Assembly: GCA_963682135.1 (NCBI GenBank)
Contig: OY821645.1
Span: 1,280,001 to 1,344,000 of the forward strand
From: Methanothrix sp.
Lineage (GTDB): Archaea; Halobacteriota; Methanosarcinia; Methanotrichales; Methanotrichaceae
Reading direction: 5' to 3'
DNA: 64,000 nucleotides
How positions within the stretch are numbered: the stretch's first letter is position 1; each line of letters opens with the position of its first letter. Under the pieces are notes generated by a model. It saw nothing but the letters and a program-made list of their open reading frames with translations, ran no database searches and was not told the origin of the DNA. The translations under genes were made by a program, and so were the position numbers. Below are positions 30,650 to 40,613 of the stretch, piece by piece.

Positions 30650-31527
30650 TTGACCTCATTCTTTTCTATCTCTGCTCTTAGAATTTGCAGGGACTCTGCG
30701 AGCCCAAGCGGTTTATTGGCCAGCATTTTGCTGGCTTTGGATGTATCCAGGGAAGAATCCATCGGTCTTTTGGCGATCCAAGGAAGATCTGCCATCCTGG
30801 AAGGCAGGATGAGATCTGCATTCAGATCGAAAATATCGGCAACATGCAGGGCGAAATCGTACCTGGATATCCTGGTTGCCCCTGCCATATGATATATTCC
30901 AGAAAGCCTTCTATCTGCCGCTTCCAGAACCATTCCTGTGAGGTTGGTATTCAATGTGGGAGTGACGAACTGATCAGTGACCACGGAAACCTGCTTTCCG
31001 GATCTGAGGCGATCAATCAGCCATAGAGCGAAATTGGTCTTGCCGCTGGCAGGCTGCGAGCCGTATATTACGCAGGTCCTGGCAATGCAGCCCTGACAAA
31101 ACTGCTCTCCCAGCAGCTTGCTTGTGCCATAATAGCTAATGGGATTGGTCAATTCATCTTCCCGGTACATTCCCCGCACTCCGTCGAAGACATAATCGGT
31201 GGAGATATAGACGAGAAACGCCCCGACATCCTGGCATGCTTGGGCAATTGCCCTTGTGCCCTCAACATTCAACCTATAGGCAAGCTCTCTCTCGCGTTCA
31301 CAGCGATCCACATCCGTCAGAGCTGCACTGTGGACTATGACGTCCGGTCTCAGCCGATCCAACAGCTCACGAATGCCGCGCTCATCTGCCAGATCGAATC
31401 GGACCGCACTTCCCTTCGCGGGCTCGTTATGGGCATATCCGCAATAGACGGCATCCCCTCGAGCCAGGGCATTCTCAGCGACCTTACTTCCTAAGAGCCC
31501 GCTTCCACCGGTTATTAATAGTTTCAT
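30646..31527 (-). CDS. rmlD: dTDP-4-dehydrorhamnose reductase
   Basis: GGSGLLG, TDVDRCE, ISTDYVFDG, YGTSK. Confidence 0.93.
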   Translation of the reverse strand: MKLLITGGSGLLGSKVAENALARGDAVYCGYAHNEPAKGSAVRFDLADERGIRELLDRLRPDVIVHSAALTDVDRCERERELAYRLNVEGTRAIAQACQDVGAFLVYISTDYVFDGVRGMYREDELTNPISYYGTSKLLGEQFCQGCIARTCVIYGSQPASGKTNFALWLIDRLRSGKQVSVVTDQFVTPTLNTNLTGMVLEAADRRLSGIYHMAGATRISRYDFALHVADIFDLNADLILPSRMADLPWIAKRPMDSSLDTSKASKMLANKPLGLAESLQILRAEIEKNEVK

Positions 31528-31532
31528 AGATG

Positions 31533-32534
31533 TTACCAGTCCAGCTTCCAGGGCGCAGGACTCAGTACCTTATCATCCATAAGAGGCCTCCACCATGAAA
31601 CATTCTGCAGATACCAGTTCACAGTCTTTCGAATTCCATTGGCAAAATTCTCCTGAGGACGCCAACCCAATTCGTTTCTGATCTTTGTAGAGTCCAGGCT
31701 GTATCTGACATCATGACCTGGCCGATCTTCCACAAATTCGATCTGATCAACGTTCTTGCCGAGCATTTGCAGGATGGTCCCTGCAACCTGCAGATTGGTC
31801 TTCTCCTCAGCCGCAGAGATGTTGTAGATCTCGCCCTTTGAGCCATTCATGAGAACCTGCTCCACAGCGCGACAGTGGTCGATTACGTAGATCCAGTCCC
31901 TCACATTCTGGCCTGTTCCATATATCGGAATCATCAGGCCATTTCTGGCTCGCAGGATGGTCTTGGGGATCAGCTTTTCCGGGAACTGATAAGGGCCATA
32001 ATTGTTAGTGCATCTGGTAATCATGGCCTGTAGACCATAAGTTCGGGCATAGGCCTGCACAAAGACGTCTCCCGCCGCTTTGCTGGCGGAATAGGGCGAT
32101 GAAGGTCGAAGGGTGCTCCCTTCTGTAAAAGAGCCATCCATTATATCCCCATAAACTTCGTCGGTGGATATTTGCACAAACCTGGCTGTAGAATTATGAA
32201 GTCTTATAGCCTCCAGGAGATTAAATACACCCAGAACATTACTTTGCAGGAACGAGTCGGGTTTCGCAATCGACCTATCCACATGAGTCTCTGCGGCAAA
32301 GCTGACTACAGCATCTACATTCTTGATTAAACCGGTGACAAATTCCCTATCTGCTATGTCCCCCTTCCGGAAAGTATATCTGTCATTATTCTTAAATTTC
32401 AACAGATTATTCTGGTTGGAGCCGTACCGCAAGTCATCAACATTTAATATTCGGCAGTCATCGTGTTCATGCAACATCAACCTTATGAAGTTGCTTCCTA
32501 TGAATCCAAGACCGCCAGTAACAAGAAGCTTCAT
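31533..32534 (-). CDS. rmlB: dTDP-glucose 4,6-dehydratase
   Basis: GGLGFIG, AAETHVDRSI, STDEVYG, YSASK, DRPGHD. Confidence 0.96.
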   Translation of the reverse strand: MKLLVTGGLGFIGSNFIRLMLHEHDDCRILNVDDLRYGSNQNNLLKFKNNDRYTFRKGDIADREFVTGLIKNVDAVVSFAAETHVDRSIAKPDSFLQSNVLGVFNLLEAIRLHNSTARFVQISTDEVYGDIMDGSFTEGSTLRPSSPYSASKAAGDVFVQAYARTYGLQAMITRCTNNYGPYQFPEKLIPKTILRARNGLMIPIYGTGQNVRDWIYVIDHCRAVEQVLMNGSKGEIYNISAAEEKTNLQVAGTILQMLGKNVDQIEFVEDRPGHDVRYSLDSTKIRNELGWRPQENFANGIRKTVNWYLQNVSWWRPLMDDKVLSPAPWKLDW

Positions 32535-32539
32535 TTAAA

Positions 32540-33592
32540 TCACAGCGATATCTCGGAGTTGTCGCCCACAATGAGCCTGTTTCCCTTGGGCAGGGCCTCA
32601 CCCTCTTGGATGCGGACGTTTCTGCCGATGAGACTCTCTACGATCTTTCCTGCATTGACTATCCGGCTATCATCCATAATTATGGTATCCTCTATCTCCG
32701 TTCCACATATTCTGCATCCATCTCCCACAGAGGTATACGGACCGATATAAGAATCAGAGATGACGCTACCATTTCCTATTATGCAGGGCCCCTTTATCAC
32801 CGATCTCTCGATCCTTGCCTCTTTTTCAATTATGACCCTGCCCATGACCCTTGAATCCTCCATCCGGCCCTCATTTTTGGTTGTGATATCATCCAGGATG
32901 AGGCGATTGGCCTCAAAGATATCCTCAGGCTTACCGGTATCTTTCCACCACCCTTCTACAAAAGAGGCATCGACCTTATAACCGTTCTCGATGAGCCATT
33001 GAATGGCATCTGTTATCTCCAGTTCATTTCTCCAGGAGGGCTTGATGGCCTTACAGGCATCGATTATCAAAGGCCTAAAGAAGTAAACGCCTACCAACGC
33101 ATAATTGGAGGGAGGAACTTTGGGCTTTTCCACCAGACGTCTAATGCTTCCATCCGGATTTAAGTCGGCAACTCCAAAGCGCTGAGGATCATTAACCTGA
33201 GTAAGAAGCACACTGGCATCACTCTTTAAGCTATTAAACCTCTCCTTATGTCGCACTATGCCGTCTCGGAGGATATTGTCTCCCAGATACATCACAAAAT
33301 CGTCATCCAGAAAATTTTCTGCGACCAATATGGTATGGGCAAGACCCCTGGGCTCCCCCTGATAGATGAACTCGATTGGAACATCCCAGGGTCCGGCTCG
33401 CACTGTATCTATCACTTGATCCTTATTCGGGCCCAGGATTATGCCGATCTCATCGGCTCCGGCTTCGATAACATCTTCAATGGCGTAGAAGAGTACGGGC
33501 TTATTGGCCACCGGAATGAGCTGTTTTTGCTGAGAATAAGTAAGAGGACGAAGCCTGGTTCCAGACCCACCGGATAATATGAGAGCTTTCAC
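32540..33592 (-). CDS. rmlA: Glucose-1-phosphate thymidylyltransferase (long form)
   Basis: GGSGTRLRPLT..KQL, YLGDN, ELEITD, WWKDTG. Confidence 0.95.
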   Translation of the reverse strand: MKALILSGGSGTRLRPLTYSQQKQLIPVANKPVLFYAIEDVIEAGADEIGIILGPNKDQVIDTVRAGPWDVPIEFIYQGEPRGLAHTILVAENFLDDDFVMYLGDNILRDGIVRHKERFNSLKSDASVLLTQVNDPQRFGVADLNPDGSIRRLVEKPKVPPSNYALVGVYFFRPLIIDACKAIKPSWRNELEITDAIQWLIENGYKVDASFVEGWWKDTGKPEDIFEANRLILDDITTKNEGRMEDSRVMGRVIIEKEARIERSVIKGPCIIGNGSVISDSYIGPYTSVGDGCRICGTEIEDTIIMDDSRIVNAGKIVESLIGRNVRIQEGEALPKGNRLIVGDNSEISL

Positions 33593-33655
33593 GAATATAC
33601 CTCAACGCAACATCTTGATAGCTCAGGATTTGCATAGGCCAAGATATACTCTTCG

Positions 33656-34840
33656 TTAAGGTCCCGGATAGATGACCTCGATATTCTCCATGTTCAATAT
33701 CAGCTTGCGCAGTTCCTCGCAGTTTATGGGATGCTTGAACTCGCTGCACATCTTCACCCGTTCTGATAGATCCCCCAACTCCTTGTCCTTTAAATAGTAG
33801 CCCATTCTCTGGGTGATGTATTTTAGAGCCTTGGCTCCGGTGTGCTTGCCTATGATGATGTGCCGGGCAGCGCCCACCATTTCCGGCGAGTAGAGCTCAT
33901 AGGTCCTGGGCTCTTCCAGAACAGCAGCTACATGAATTCCGGATTCATGAGCAAAAGCATTGCTGCCCACCACGGCTTTATTCTTAGCTACCGGAACCTC
34001 TGAATAGGTCTCCACCAGCTTAGAGAGGTCTTTTACCTTAGTGAGATCGTAAGAATTCAGGTCATAATGCAGCCTTAAGGCCACCAGCAGCTCTTCTAAA
34101 GGCGTGTTGCCGCTGCGCTCTCCGATGCCGTTTACTGTAGTGTGCAGTTGCTTTGCCCCTGCTTCCGCGCCTGCCAGGGTATTGGCCAGGGCCATTCCCA
34201 GGTCGTCATGACAGTGCATGCAGATGGGGATTTTGACAATTTTTTTCAGCTCGCTTATCATGTAATATGTCGTGCGCGGATTCATAATCCCCACAGTATC
34301 GGCGACGCTGATATAATCGGCATGGTAATCCTCTGCCTTCCTGTAAAGCTTCTTTAGAATCTCAAAATCGGTGCGCGTGGCATCTTCAGCCGAGAAGCGC
34401 ACAATCAGGCCATGATCTTTGGCATACTCCACCGTTTGCAGTGCGCAAGAAATCGCCTCGGGACAGCTCATGTGCAGCTTATACTTGAGATGAAGGTCAG
34501 AGGTAGCGATGAAGACGCTGACCATGTCGGCTCCGCATTCGATGGCAGCGTCGACATCCTTCTTGACGGACCGGCAGAGAGCTGAAATCTTGGCATCAAG
34601 TCCCAGATTGCAGACCTCTTTTACGGCATTCATCTCTGCTGCGGATACGACAGGAAAACCGGCTTCTATGACCTCGACACCGATCTCATCCAGCCGCAAG
34701 GCAATATCCAGCTTTTCATCGGCGCGAAAGACTACACCCGGCATCTGCTCACCGTCGCGAAGGGTTACATCGCATATCTCGATGTCCAGTGGCGGTGTCT
34801 TAGCTAATGCCAAGAATTGATTGAGGGAGTAGTCTTGCAT
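33656..34840 (-). CDS. aksA: Homocitrate synthase family protein (AksA-like)
   Basis: DVTLRDGEQ, HCHDDLG, GIGERSGN, AHESGIH; no LeuA regulatory domain. Confidence 0.78.
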   Translation of the reverse strand: MQDYSLNQFLALAKTPPLDIEICDVTLRDGEQMPGVVFRADEKLDIALRLDEIGVEVIEAGFPVVSAAEMNAVKEVCNLGLDAKISALCRSVKKDVDAAIECGADMVSVFIATSDLHLKYKLHMSCPEAISCALQTVEYAKDHGLIVRFSAEDATRTDFEILKKLYRKAEDYHADYISVADTVGIMNPRTTYYMISELKKIVKIPICMHCHDDLGMALANTLAGAEAGAKQLHTTVNGIGERSGNTPLEELLVALRLHYDLNSYDLTKVKDLSKLVETYSEVPVAKNKAVVGSNAFAHESGIHVAAVLEEPRTYELYSPEMVGAARHIIIGKHTGAKALKYITQRMGYYLKDKELGDLSERVKMCSEFKHPINCEELRKLILNMENIEVIYPGP

Positions 34841-34905
34841 AACGGGCTAATAGTGATAATTCATTACATAAATCGGTTTCGAAGGAAATGAGTTTCCGGC
34901 AATTT

Positions 34906-36231
34906 CTAGAGATTGGCAAAACGTTCCAATATCCATCTGTTTCGCACTTCAGGATGGAATAAGATACCATAAGTAGGATGAGCGGCGTGCTGGAAAGCCA
35001 GGGCCGCATCAGCTCTTCCTGCCAGGAGCGATAATCCCTGCGGCAATGTCACTGCATAGTTATGAAGGTGATAGCCTTCTATCCGCCGCGGCTCGCCCAG
35101 CAGTGGCGAGGCCCTGAAGATCTCGATCTCTTCCAGGCCAATAGCTCGATTTTGCACAATAGATCCTCCATAGACGCTGCCAATTACCTGCATCCCGGCA
35201 CAGATGCCCAAAATGGGCTTTTTTGAATCCTTTATCCAGGAGAAGAGAGGCAAATGCTCGGCATACTCATTATCGAGCAGAGCTGTTCCGCAGAGGATAA
35301 TCTTATCGTAGCTGGCAAGCGCTCGCAGCGTGACCTCTGTATAATGCAGAATTTCGCAGAAGAATCCTGCCTGCATCAATGTATCTCTAATGGGATGGAC
35401 AAATTCGTAATGAGATAGGCAGCCTCTTTCGAAGCACAGGTCAACCAGGAGTATGCGCCTTGCGCGGGGCACTATTTTCGCTGAGTTTTGTCCGACGTCG
35501 CCAGGATTTTCTTCACCAATTTCAGGACTTTCAGGAATTGCCAACCCTGCCGGCTTCTCCACCAGACGCATCTCTTCTATGACAAACTGCCCTCGATAGT
35601 TGGCAAAGCTCTCGGATGCCTTCATGATCTCGATTCTCTTCTGGAAGAATGGAGCATCCAGGACGAAGGTCTCCAGCTCCCCACCCTCTCCGGAAGGATT
35701 TATGCGGTATTTTTTCTCGAGCTGCTCGAGCATCCGTATGCGCTCCTCCGTCAACTCTGCGCCCAACCAGGTGGCATCAAAGGGATAGGCATAGACTCCA
35801 GAGATGATGATGGAAAAGTTTTCCTTTAAAAGCCCTCGGAGGTAAGCGATCTGATTTGTCTGCCAGAGAGGATTATAGCACCAGAGATTCTGGCTGCGAC
35901 AGATCCTTTGCACGCGGGCCGCCTGGTAGACAGACTCGATGGCACCGGTGACTATTCCCTGGATACCATATCTTTCACGGGCTGCATCAATTGCCGCCGA
36001 CAGGTCCGTAAGCTCCTCTTCTTTGATGCCGTGCGTGGGCCAGGTGAGCAGCGGAATGCCCATGGCCTTCGCCTGCAGGCCGGTGCGAGCAATGTTGGGC
36101 GTATGGAACATGTAGCTGTCCGGATTCTGCGAGACCAGAGTTATCAGGCAGGCCACCTCGTTTCTTTCCAAAGCCCGGCGGCAGGCAAAGACTGAATCCT
36201 TGCCGCCTGAGAAGAGCACGCCCAGTTTCAT
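34906..36231 (-). CDS. Diphthine-ammonia ligase (Dph6) fused to a class I glutamine amidotransferase
   Basis: N-terminal FSGGKDS, SYMFH, GEGGELET; C-terminal GICAGMQ and FHPE. Confidence 0.85.
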   Translation of the reverse strand: MKLGVLFSGGKDSVFACRRALERNEVACLITLVSQNPDSYMFHTPNIARTGLQAKAMGIPLLTWPTHGIKEEELTDLSAAIDAARERYGIQGIVTGAIESVYQAARVQRICRSQNLWCYNPLWQTNQIAYLRGLLKENFSIIISGVYAYPFDATWLGAELTEERIRMLEQLEKKYRINPSGEGGELETFVLDAPFFQKRIEIMKASESFANYRGQFVIEEMRLVEKPAGLAIPESPEIGEENPGDVGQNSAKIVPRARRILLVDLCFERGCLSHYEFVHPIRDTLMQAGFFCEILHYTEVTLRALASYDKIILCGTALLDNEYAEHLPLFSWIKDSKKPILGICAGMQVIGSVYGGSIVQNRAIGLEEIEIFRASPLLGEPRRIEGYHLHNYAVTLPQGLSLLAGRADAALAFQHAAHPTYGILFHPEVRNRWILERFANL

Positions 36232-36282
36232 CAGGCTTGGAAAATATACTCTTCAGCTAATAAAGGATATTGTCATAATGGT

Positions 36283-37788
36283 CTACGGCGCACCTGGCGA
36301 ATCCAGGTCGAGCATCCGCCAGATCTTCGCCATATCCAAGCTTGCCTCTACAGCCGCGGCCAGCTGCTCAAAGCCATCTCCCTTCGCCGCCCTAGCCCCC
36401 AATTCAGTCTCGTGAGATGAGCCCATGCCCCGGCCCTGACCGAGACCTTTGCGACGACTGAGAAAATCGAGAAAAGCATTGCGGAAGCTTTCATTCTCGA
36501 AGAGGCCATGCAGGTAAGTGCCGATCACCATTCCACTCTCAGATACAGCGCCGTCGTCATCAAAGGCCTTCTGGCCCTTGGGGCTGGTCACGCCCATGTG
36601 AATCTCGTAGCCCGTGACGATTTGGCCGCGGATCGGCTCCAGGATGGGGCCGCCGCCCGTGACGACCTTTTTCACCTGCACTGTCCTCTTCTCATAGAGG
36701 TCGAAGCGGGTCACTGCATCCAAGAGACCGAGTCCGGGGATAGTCCCTGCGCTGTCCTCGACTCCGCTGTCGATGATCTCTTGCCCCAGCATCTGGTAGC
36801 CTCCGCAGATGCCGAGGACGGGGGTATCAACGCAGGATTTTATCTGATCGGCCATGCCCTTTTCCTGCATCTCCCGCAGATCTGAGACCGTGTTCTTGGT
36901 TCCGGGTATGATTATCGCATCCGGATGGCCCAATGGCTCGGAGAGGTTCACATAGCGAACGTGCGCCTGTCGTTCCAGGGGCTCGAAGTCGGTGAAGTTG
37001 CTGATGCGCGGCAGCCTGATCACGGCAATCTCGATCGCATCTGCCGCAGCAGAGCGGGCCTTCTTGTCACCCAAAGAGACAGAGTCCTCGGAGGGGATAT
37101 TCAGATCGAGATAAGGCATGACGCCCAGCACGGGCACGCCGGTGAGCTTTTCCAGCGTCTTCAGGCCGCTGCCTAAAATAGCAGGATCGCCCCGGAATTT
37201 GTTGATCACAAGGCCCTTTACGAGTGGCCGGATGTCCTCAGGCAAGAGCTGCACCGTGCCGAAAAGGCTGGCAAAGACGCCGCCCCGCTCGATATCCCCT
37301 ACCAAAATTATGGGGGCATTAAGGCGGCGAGCCACGTAGATATTGGCTAGGTCCCTATCGAAAAGATTGATCTCTGCCGCTCCGCCCGCGCCTTCTACTA
37401 CGATGTAGTCGTAGTCCTTCTCCAGCTCTTGCAGGGAGCGGTCCACTACCACCTTGAGATCATCGATATCTCGATAGTACTCCTCTGCCGATTTGTCAGC
37501 CATAGGCTTGCCCAGAACGATGACCTGGGAGGTGCGGTCGCCCTTGGGCTTGAGGAGGATGGGATTCATGAACTGCGTCGGCTCCACCCTGGCCGCCCAA
37601 GCCTGCACCGCCTGGGCGATGCCGATCTCCGAGCCGTTTTGGGTGACCCAGGAGTTGAGGCTCATATTCTGGGATTTGAAGGGCGCAACCTTCAGGCCGC
37701 GATCAGAGAGCAGGCGACAGAGGGCCGCAACAAGAGTGCTCTTGCCGGAATGGGAGGTGGTGCCGAGGACCACGATAAAGCGAGACAT
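36283..37788 (-). CDS. cobQ: Cobyric acid synthase
   Basis: GTTSHSGKS, PFKSQNMS, ISNFTD, PGTKNT, GICGGYQ, TYLHG. Confidence 0.96.
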   Translation of the reverse strand: MSRFIVVLGTTSHSGKSTLVAALCRLLSDRGLKVAPFKSQNMSLNSWVTQNGSEIGIAQAVQAWAARVEPTQFMNPILLKPKGDRTSQVIVLGKPMADKSAEEYYRDIDDLKVVVDRSLQELEKDYDYIVVEGAGGAAEINLFDRDLANIYVARRLNAPIILVGDIERGGVFASLFGTVQLLPEDIRPLVKGLVINKFRGDPAILGSGLKTLEKLTGVPVLGVMPYLDLNIPSEDSVSLGDKKARSAAADAIEIAVIRLPRISNFTDFEPLERQAHVRYVNLSEPLGHPDAIIIPGTKNTVSDLREMQEKGMADQIKSCVDTPVLGICGGYQMLGQEIIDSGVEDSAGTIPGLGLLDAVTRFDLYEKRTVQVKKVVTGGGPILEPIRGQIVTGYEIHMGVTSPKGQKAFDDDGAVSESGMVIGTYLHGLFENESFRNAFLDFLSRRKGLGQGRGMGSSHETELGARAAKGDGFEQLAAAVEASLDMAKIWRMLDLDSPGAP

Positions 37789-37945
37789 GCGACGCGGGAA
37801 TGGGGTGCAAGTTTATTTGCCTTTTGGAATGTTGGGTTTTTCTAATGATTATGATTGATCTGGCAACAAAAGGATAACGGAGCTGGATGGTCTACAGATG
37901 CTCCCGATAAGACTATCCAGCTAAAAACGAAAGAATTAATTATTG

Positions 37946-38302
37946 CTAAGCTTTTACCGATTTTTTCCTCCAGCGCCAGTTTATTTCTGGTTCTACCCCC
38001 CATCGCATCATAAATTCTTTAGCAGAAATTGGAGGTTCGCCATTAGCCGAAACCCATCCCCCAGGCGTAAATCCAGCCGGTTGCCTTTGTTCAGGACCGG
38101 TCCAGGGCACGCACTTATAGGCATTATCCAATTCTCCGGGGGTGACCGACCCGTCTCCAAGCGAAATATATCCGCAATTTCCGCATACTAATATAACTTT
38201 TTTTCCTTGTTTTATTCTATCCAAGATTTTTTGGCGTGGTACATCCTGAGTGGAGCCACAAGATGTATTATTGCACTTCCAAGTATAATTTCCCTCTACC
38301 AT
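37946..38302 (-). CDS. Hypothetical Zn-ribbon protein
   Basis: CNNTSC and CGNCG pairs; GGGAAGG and an AT-rich TATA-like region upstream. Confidence 0.6.
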   Translation of the reverse strand: MVEGNYTWKCNNTSCGSTQDVPRQKILDRIKQGKKVILVCGNCGYISLGDGSVTPGELDNAYKCVPWTGPEQRQPAGFTPGGWVSANGEPPISAKEFMMRWGVEPEINWRWRKKSVKA

Positions 38303-38475
38303 GGCCTGTCCTTCCCTAAACTTATCTTAAATTCGTATTTGCTAGTATATAAGTATATCATTGCATACATATAACATAGAACTGCACATATATAATATTA
38401 ATAAAATCATTTTAGTTGCAGCAAACGATAACAATCCCTCATTTACAGAAAAGATAGAAAATTGGAAATTAAACT

Positions 38476-38526
38476 GCGCGCGGCCACCCCACCCCAAAGG
38501 GATAGGGGATGCCTCGGTCCGCGCGC
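38476..38526. mobile_element. Hairpin resembling an IS200/IS605-family end or MITE
   Basis: GCGCGCGG...CCGCGCGC outer stem enclosing CCCCACCC-CAAA-GGGATAGGGG. No transposase nearby. Confidence 0.4.
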
Positions 38527-38557
38527 CCTGGTTGGCCGGATTTCAGAAACATCCGAA

Positions 38558-38611
38558 GATAGCACCCCAGTTTAAATGGAATTAACCGGATAGCGCCCCA
38601 GTTTAACTGGA
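38558..38611. repeat. Imperfect 23-bp direct repeat, 31-bp period
   Basis: gatagcaccccagtttaaatgga (38558-38580) and gatagcgccccagtttaactgga (38589-38611), 21/23 identical. Confidence 0.8.
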
Positions 38612-39450
38612 GCGTCTCGAGTCCAATTGAGATGTGGCTGTACACTATGGACAAAGACATTATCTCTCTTCAACTGATAATACGCAGAGGTATCGTCAAC
38701 GTTCAAACCATCAAACTTAGGGGATTGAGACTCTGTTGTATTATTAGCTGTACCGACGATAGTGTCGAAGTCATCTGCCGTTATACCACTTGGCGAAATA
38801 TCCTTTTTATTTGTTTCTTCCAGATCGTTTTTCAATTTTGCTTGCATCTTCGTTGCGTTTAGATCCGAATCACCAGATTCAGGTATTCCTGTAAGGATAC
38901 TGTCAAGATCTATCGATGCCAATTGAGACGCTAGACGAAGTGTATCATATTCAGGGGTTTTGACTTCTGTAAATGATGATTTAAAATTAAACATACCTTC
39001 AACTTTAGAAGCTACAAGATCATTATTTAGAGGCCCATCTGTGCTAATTTTGAGAGATTCACTCATTGTGCCATTTGCTTTCACATTAAAATAGGTAGCC
39101 ACTCCAGTGTTATCATCAAATTTTGCCATATTGCTCGATGAAATATTATCTCCTAAGAAAATTGTACTGTGACTCATCCCATAGGCGTTCAAGCTCATTG
39201 AATAGCCATTACCTCCGCGGGTAGAATTTTTGAGGATATATCGGGAGAAGAGCTTGGAAAAACCATAATCGGATTCGAGTATTCTAGTACATACTTGATC
39301 ACCAGATCCATTCACTGAGTCATGTGCAAATTCGTCATTTGTCTTGGAATCTAGTCTTCCAGACACAACATAAGTTGATTGATATACATATGCCGTTGAC
39401 CAAGATGATAATAGCATAAATCCAATTATTAACAAGTTTATGGACCGCAT
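38572..39450 (-). CDS. Hypothetical secreted/surface protein
   Basis: Signal peptide MRSINLLIIGFMLLSSWSTA; rich in Ser/Thr/Asn with several N-x-S/T sequons; GGTGAGG upstream. Confidence 0.7.
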   Translation of the reverse strand: MRSINLLIIGFMLLSSWSTAYVYQSTYVVSGRLDSKTNDEFAHDSVNGSGDQVCTRILESDYGFSKLFSRYILKNSTRGGNGYSMSLNAYGMSHSTIFLGDNISSSNMAKFDDNTGVATYFNVKANGTMSESLKISTDGPLNNDLVASKVEGMFNFKSSFTEVKTPEYDTLRLASQLASIDLDSILTGIPESGDSDLNATKMQAKLKNDLEETNKKDISPSGITADDFDTIVGTANNTTESQSPKFDGLNVDDTSAYYQLKRDNVFVHSVQPHLNWTRDAPVKLGRYPVNSI

Positions 39451-39667
39451 ATTCCCTCACCATCCGCAATAATTGTCGAAATGCTATTTAGAGCTTTTCC
39501 ACACAATATTTTGCGAAAAAGTCTGATGGGAGAACGGTCAAATCGCCTGCTACTCCCAACCAAAAAGGACCGGGGGTGCCTCTGGATTAGCTCGATAGGG
39601 ATTTTGCATTGGGTTTCCCCTGAGACCCCCAAATCCCTTAGAGACAATAGTTATCGAAAAGAGTTAT

Positions 39668-39716
39668 CTTCATCCCCGGCCCTAAGGCAGGTATTCCTGA
39701 CCCCCACTTCTCCCGA
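39668..39716. mobile_element. Degenerate IS200/IS605-end-like motif
   Basis: cttcatccccggccctaaggcaggtattcctgaccccc; similar motif near 42213. Confidence 0.3.
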
Positions 39717-39752
39717 AGTAGGAAAAAGAGGCTATCAGGCAGAGCAATCCAT

Positions 39753-40613
39753 TCACACATTTGCCGTGCGGCTGTAATCCACCAGCGCCATCAGGATGTC
39801 TTTGTCCTTTAGCATCCCCATCAGTTTTCCGCTGGATGTGACCACCGGCATCTGGTCGATTCTATTCTTGTGCATTATGGCCGCACATTTTCCGACCTCA
39901 TCTTTTTTGTAACCAGTGATGGGCGGCACCATAGCCTCGGAGACGAGAATATTTTTCAGCTTAATCCGCGAAACGGTGTAATACTTGCTGATGCTCTGCA
40001 TGATCCGGTCCCACATCCAGGTATCCTCTCCGTCATTGGCGGACATATCCGTCTTCTCAACAGTATCCTCGATAACACTGGTCTTGATGAGATCGCGGTC
40101 CGAGATCATGCCCACCAGCTTGAGACTGCTATCGATGACTGGGCAGGCCTCCACTGCGGCAAACTCCATAATCGAACCGGCTACAGCCAGAGGCATCTCG
40201 CTCCAGAGCACCACGGTCTCTTTCTCTAAATAGGGTTGTATGCTCTCCTTTATTCCCAGGTCGGCGGTCACCCGGACGATGTCGGCAACGGTGATAATGC
40301 CTACCAGCTTAATGCCCTCCACCACAGGAAGCCGCCGGATATCGTGCTTGATCAGCAGCCTGCAAGCCTCGATTATGCTCTTGTCCGGACTTATCACCAC
40401 AGGATCACGAGACATAAGCAGAGCCGTCTGGTCCTCATCGCGATTGCGCAGCAGGTCGGTCCTGGTTATCATGCCCACGACCTCACCCTTCTTTATTACA
40501 GGAACGCCGGAGACCTTGTGGTCCTGTAGCGTCTTCAAGACATCATCCCTGCTCCCGGGGATGGCGACAAAAGCCACATCCTGGACCATTACGTCCCTGA
40601 CGAGAATGCTCAA
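39753..40613 (-). CDS. CBS-domain protein (four CBS motifs)
   Basis: VSGVPV, IRRLPVV, ACPVID, IDQMPVV repeats. Confidence 0.9.
   Translation of the reverse strand: MSILVRDVMVQDVAFVAIPGSRDDVLKTLQDHKVSGVPVIKKGEVVGMITRTDLLRNRDEDQTALLMSRDPVVISPDKSIIEACRLLIKHDIRRLPVVEGIKLVGIITVADIVRVTADLGIKESIQPYLEKETVVLWSEMPLAVAGSIMEFAAVEACPVIDSSLKLVGMISDRDLIKTSVIEDTVEKTDMSANDGEDTWMWDRIMQSISKYYTVSRIKLKNILVSEAMVPPITGYKKDEVGKCAAIMHKNRIDQMPVVTSSGKLMGMLKDKDILMALVDYSRTANV

Noticed and set aside
38558-38611. Possible mini-CRISPR
   Set aside because: Only two repeats with an 8-nt spacer; no cas genes
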